Assembly (NCBI GenBank): GCA_002269645.1
Contig: NIVC01004230.1
Location: forward strand, 1 to 28,233
Direction: 5' to 3'
Length of the DNA: 28,233 nucleotides
From: Macrostomum lignano
Taxonomy: Eukaryota
Both the position numbers and the translations under genes were made by a program. Each line of letters begins with the position of its first letter. Within the stretch, counting starts at the first letter, position 1. This document shows positions 24,501 through 28,233 of the stretch, piece by piece. A model generated the notes under the pieces. That model worked only from the letters and a program-made list of their open reading frames with translations, was not told the origin of the DNA and did no database searches.

Positions 24501-25967
24501 GGTCCCCGGGTTCGGCAACAGGCTGCCGATCCGATGGTGCATCTGACCATGGAGGATAAGCTCGGGTTCCAGCCGGGCTGCTCTCGCTGTGCGGCACCGA
24601 GAGATGTCATGTGGAGGGCGCCGTTGTACTTCCGAATGTCCTTGAGGAACTGCGAGCTGTCCGGATGCTCGCCAGTCAGCAGTCGCTTCAGGACATCGGG
24701 CGGATCACGGCGCGGCTCCAGGTGGGTCTGCCGTGGGGTTTAGAAAATTCCTCATCTTAAACAGGTTATAAAAATTACGGCATGGCAATCAGTAAAAAAC
24801 TAAAAAATGTAGCATTTGCATGCTCTTGCTAGGGTTTCATTAAGTGTCTAAAGCTTCATGCCATTGATAAAGTAATCAATAAAAGATCAATAAAACTGAT
24901 TAATAAAAACTGGACTCACCTTGCCAGAGTGGCAGCAGATGCTGGCTGGCTCGTCATTCCAGCGTAGCGCGCCGCAGTGCGGACACTGACGGTCCATGCG
25001 GCCGAGGACATGTGGCTGGTGTGCCAATTTCAGCAGTCTGAGAAGCAAAAAATGGGAAATGTAATTATGAGGATCATTTTAGTAAAGATGCTGAATGTGG
25101 ATATAAAGTCCTATTACGCTAGGAGCCTTTTACGTAAAGGTTGTAATGTATGGGCTACAAAAATATACATTAAAAATAATAATAAGAACTAATGAAAAAA
25201 GAACTAATAATACTTATCATAGAATATTATACACAGTAAAAGCATTGATGTACATTGTGAAATAAAAATGAGTGAAACGCCTACCTGTCTCGGCGCCGGT
25301 CTGCTTGCGCATGCAGACGCAGGTCGTGCTCATCAGCGGCCTCAGCCGTGCGACGCTGACTCTGTCGCTGCCGCTGCACGTCAAGGCGATGCATGTGGAC
25401 CGTCTCCGATTCACTCGCGCGGCATTCCGCTGTGTGCTGCCGGTCTAGCTCGCGGCGATGCTGGCGCTCGGCTTCACCCTCAGCTGCGCGGTCTTCAGCT
25501 GTTCGCAGCCGGTCCTGCTCGAGGCGATGCTGGCGCTCGGCTTCACCCTCAGCTGCGCGGTCTTCAGCTGTTCGCAGCCGGTCTGCTCGAGGCGATGCTG
25601 GCGCTCGGCTTCACCCTCAGCTGCGCGGTCTTCAGCTGTTCGCAGCCGGTCTGCTCGAGGCGATGCTGGCGCTCGGCTTCACCCTCAGCTGCGCGGTCTT
25701 CAGCTGTTCGCAGCCGGTCCTGCTCGAGGCGATGCTGGCGCTCGGCTTCACCCTCAGCTGCGCGGTCTTCAGCTGCTCGCAGCCGGTCCTGCTCGAGGCG
25801 ATGCTGGCGCTCGGCGTCGCCCTCAACTGCGCGTCTTTCCGCCTGGCAAAGCCGATTCTGCTCCAGGCGTGCTGCATGCTCCTCTGGTGTCTCGGAGTCC
25901 CTCGCTTCTTGGCACCAGATGCAGCGCGTGTAGAGCGGGACAAATTGCCTCGACCGCGTTTAGGCAT
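19766..25967 (-). CDS. Helitron RepHel transposase (Zn-finger + HUH Y2 Rep endonuclease + Pif1-family SF1B helicase), 9 exons, five -1 frameshifts in this sequence
   Basis: Manually spliced exons (minus): 25967-25285, 25037-24920, 24727-24156, 24012-23374, 23281-22503, 22346-21744, 21558-21257, 21115-20728, 20539-19766. Phases are all consistent after restoring 5 single bases; total ~1620 aa. Motifs: CPHCGALRW..ICCHSGK (Zn finger), PDLFLTMTCNPKW (Rep motif 1), EYQKRG/LPHVHALLW (HUH), KYVVKYITKG (Y2), FIDAPGGTGKT (Walker A), IVWDEAPM (Walker B), GDFRQLL, FAMTIHKSQGQSL, HGQLYVALSR. Exons GC-rich, introns AT-rich, with GT-AG ends except one GC-AG. Confidence 0.95.
22503..24012 (-). CDS. Rep (HUH, two-tyrosine) domain exons 4-5 of RepHel
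   Basis: ORFs 23351..23971 and 22452..23270 contain RPDLFLTMTCNPKWPEI, EYQKRG+LPHVH and KYVVKYITKGSD; joined in frame across intron 23282-23373. Confidence 0.95.
25317..25875 (-). repeat. 69-bp (23-aa) coding tandem repeat in RepHel exon 1
   Basis: Unit anchors at 25386, 25455, 25524, 25592, 25660, 25729, 25798, 25867 (spacing 69 or 68); repaired frame reads EQDRLRTAEDRAAEGEAERQHRL repeats. Confidence 0.9.
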
Positions 25968-26301
25968 TACAAAAGAAAGGAATATATTTAAAGAAAATAT
26001 TAAAAAAATATTGAAAGGCGATTGAAACAATCCGGCCAAATGTGGATTGGTGGTATCGAAAAAAACGTGACTTTATATAAAGCAATTAGCTGTCCCGTGC
26101 CTGCAGATTTGCGTCAAAAATCTCCACTTCTCTACACCAAGTGTACAAACATCGCTTTGATGAGTAAAACGCTGCCTAACCAACGAATCAGCGGACAGTT
26201 CTCTATGGATTAAATTTTTTCTTATCTTCAATGTACATACAGACAATCGATTTAGTTTATTAATTCAGGATTCACCGATGACTAAGCACGATTCATTGCT
26301 A

Positions 26302-26596
26302 TCTGTAGCCTACTGGGCATTCACTGTGTACACTAACCCTATCACTTCACCGCAGCCGCACCCCGGCCCCACCGCAGCCCGCCACCCCCAGCCCCAACGC
26401 GCCCTAACACGGGTTATTTAAATTGAATAGTGTCAGAAAATTTAAAGAATGATTTTTCTTGAATGCTGTGCTTTTTGTTTTCATGATTAAAGCAAGAAAA
26501 TTATAACCCCGAACTCAGCGTTGCAAGCTCTTTCCAGCAATATAAGTCTCTTCTCTTAAAGTTTAAAACTCGTGGAACAGTTAGCGTTTTGAAATT
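26302..26596. repeat. Direct repeat copy 2 (pairs with 16970-17239); candidate upstream regulatory module
   Basis: Same sequence order as copy 1 with a longer GC-rich spacer; lies 335 bp upstream of the RepHel ATG on the minus strand. Confidence 0.9.
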
Positions 26597-28041
26597 TACC
26601 GATTTCCCGACTGCTTGCCTGAGAGGCTCGCAAGTTTATTCATTGAATTTCACTGCCAAGCTAATACACAGGGCCGATAATAAAACCAATTGAATCTCGA
26701 CAGTCTATCTATTTACACTGTACAACTGCTATGTACACTCGGCCCAAGCCCTACCCCGTTCTGGGGAAACCATTAAATTTAACTCAACCCCCCAACACGC
26801 GGGGGGTTTTATTTGCATTGAACCCAGAACACGCGCACCCACCACCCCTCAATACACAGCGGCCCGCGGGCGGAGGTTGGGGTGGCTATTTTTACAAACT
26901 GGCTGCAGCCCCAGGCAGAGTAGAAAAAGAAAGTTATTGGGGGTCAAAAAGGCAGTTTTCTGCTTTTTTGAGGATCTTAGAAATTAAAATTAAAAAAACA
27001 GAAATTAAAACAGAAATCCTCTCCGTGAAACTGGACTCAATCGAAAGTTTCTCTGTCAAACAACTGAACTCTCAGGATTCAGTGGTTAGGGTTAGGTTGG
27101 AGCTTCACAGAGCTGCGTGCTAAAAGGCAGCGATAATAAAACATTGAACCAATTGAATCAATTGATTGCGCAATATATTTCTGTGTTAGTCAGTATAAGT
27201 CTCAGTTAAAGTTAACAAAAAGTTTGCGCAATCTAATCAACCTCCAATACAAAGCAACTGACCCCATTCCTATACACAGCGCCAGTTAGAAGTCGAAACC
27301 CCCAACTTTATCTCTCACTCTCGCCAAAATGAGTACAATCTTTGCAGAAAGTTTAAAGTATGGAAATAGTTTTTGCAATGCAGAGCTTTTAGTTTTCATA
27401 TTTGAAGCAAACAATTTATATCCATGAAATCAGCTTTGCAAGTTCTTTCCAGCAATATAAATTTTTTTCTCTCAAAGTTAAAAACTTGAGCAACAGTTTT
27501 GCGTTTGAAACTTTCTGATATAAAGCATTGAAATATCGATTGTACGTTCACTGCCTGCTAAAGAGGCCCGCAAGTTTATGCATTGAATTTCAAGGTTCAA
27601 CAAAATCACAGGGCTGCCTATTGAAAATTAGAACACAAATCTTTGCGCAATTGTCTATACAGTCAGCCAGTGAGCCAGGGTCGATTGTACACAGGCAGCC
27701 ATTTAGAACGCCCCATCCCCCCACTGGAGAGAAAATACACTGCAGAGATAGGGAAAAGTTGTGGCGCAATCACTTGAAATTCATGCAAATTTTCAGCTCC
27801 AAGCAGAAAGAGGGGACAATTAAGATTATCAAAGTGTCAAGACCGCCGTTTTCTGCTTTTTTGAGGATCTTAGAAATTAAAATTTCAGAATTAAAATAGC
27901 CTATAGCCGACCTCGGATAATTTCCAATCTTCCCATATAAGTTTCAACGCTGAGTTGGCACTATTCAAGGAGGAGTTGTCGAAATGACAGACAGACACAC
28001 AGACAGACAGACAAACAAACGCGTCAACTTTAGTATAGAGA

Positions 28042-28233
28042 CTAGCAATCTTCGCCCCCCGATGGGGGACATCTGGATAGAATCTCTGTTCTCTACAAGT
28101 AACAAAAAGACAGCCAGAAAATCCTTCACAAAGAGCCAGACAAACTGCTCAAATGAAGTGAATTGCAATAAGAAATCTTCCCAAGAACCACAAGCATCCC
28201 CAGATAGCAAGCATCCCCAGATAGCAAGCATCC
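28042..28233 (-). mobile_element. 3' terminus of a different Helitron family
   Basis: Minus strand: CCCCC-ATC-GGGGG(G) hairpin (~28055-28068) followed by cgaagattgCTAG (28042-28045) directly joined to the TC of the large element; sequence otherwise unrelated to the units. Confidence 0.7.
28191..28233 (+). repeat. 17-bp tandem repeat (caagcatccccagatag), 2.5 copies to window edge
   Basis: 28191-28207, 28208-28224, partial 28225-28233. Confidence 0.85.

Larger units (their letters stand above)
14792..28041 (-). mobile_element. Putatively autonomous Helitron (Helitron1-type), ~13.25 kb
   Basis: On the minus strand it begins TCtctatactaaagttgacgcg followed by a (TGTC)n microsatellite (28041 downward) and ends CTCCTCC-GAA-GGAGGAG hairpin (14801-14817) + ttccaCTCG (14792). 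It encloses a Rep-helicase gene in the same orientation. Terminal pattern matches the established Helitron 5' TC ... hairpin-CTRR architecture (3' tetranucleotide is the variant CTCG). Confidence 0.85.

Noticed and set aside
19766-25967. Helentron/Helitron2 classification
   Set aside because: No AP endonuclease or OTU domain seen, HUH context is KRGLPH, and termini are TC...hairpin-CTCG without evident subterminal inverted repeats.
19779-26025. Plus-strand and alternative-frame ORFs overlapping RepHel (e.g. 23588..23956, 25268..25933, 25393..26025)
   Set aside because: Shadow ORFs of GC-rich coding exons and of the 69-bp repeat.
16970-26596. Direct repeats as LTRs of a retrotransposon
   Set aside because: No TG...CA pair at both ends, no primer-binding site or polypurine tract recognised, and the enclosed gene is RepHel, not gag-pol.
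26786-26808. 8-bp stem hairpin AACCCCCC...GGGGGGTT as an internal terminator
   Set aside because: No CTRR-like end follows it and the homologous slot in the units is poorly conserved.
27965-28231. 88-aa minus-strand ORF
   Set aside because: Runs across the junction of two unrelated elements and through tandem repeats.

Overview
Eukaryotic (probably invertebrate; spliceosomal introns, TTAGGG motif) DNA made almost entirely of Helitron rolling-circle transposons, all on the minus strand. A ~13.25 kb putatively autonomous Helitron (14792-28041; 5' TC at 28041, 3' hairpin + CTCG at 14792) carries a 9-exon Rep/Pif1-helicase gene (19766-25967, ~1620 aa once five single-base deletions are repaired) and a second orphan coiled-coil ORF (16085-16516). 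Positions 1-14791 are seven head-to-tail, internally deleted non-autonomous copies (1.3-2.8 kb) sharing the same termini, each carrying a short (TTAGGG)n tract, a 30-bp minisatellite, a terminal microsatellite and usually a long CT/GA tract. The 3' end (hairpin + CTAG) of a different Helitron abuts the 5' end of the large element. Other unexplained structure: two decayed Pif1-helicase fragments downstream of the gene, a ~270-295 bp module duplicated upstream of both ORFs, stacked 5' termini at one junction, and a 160-bp MITE. Most ORFs in the supplied track are artefacts of low-complexity repeats or antisense frames. The host species cannot be determined from the sequence alone.
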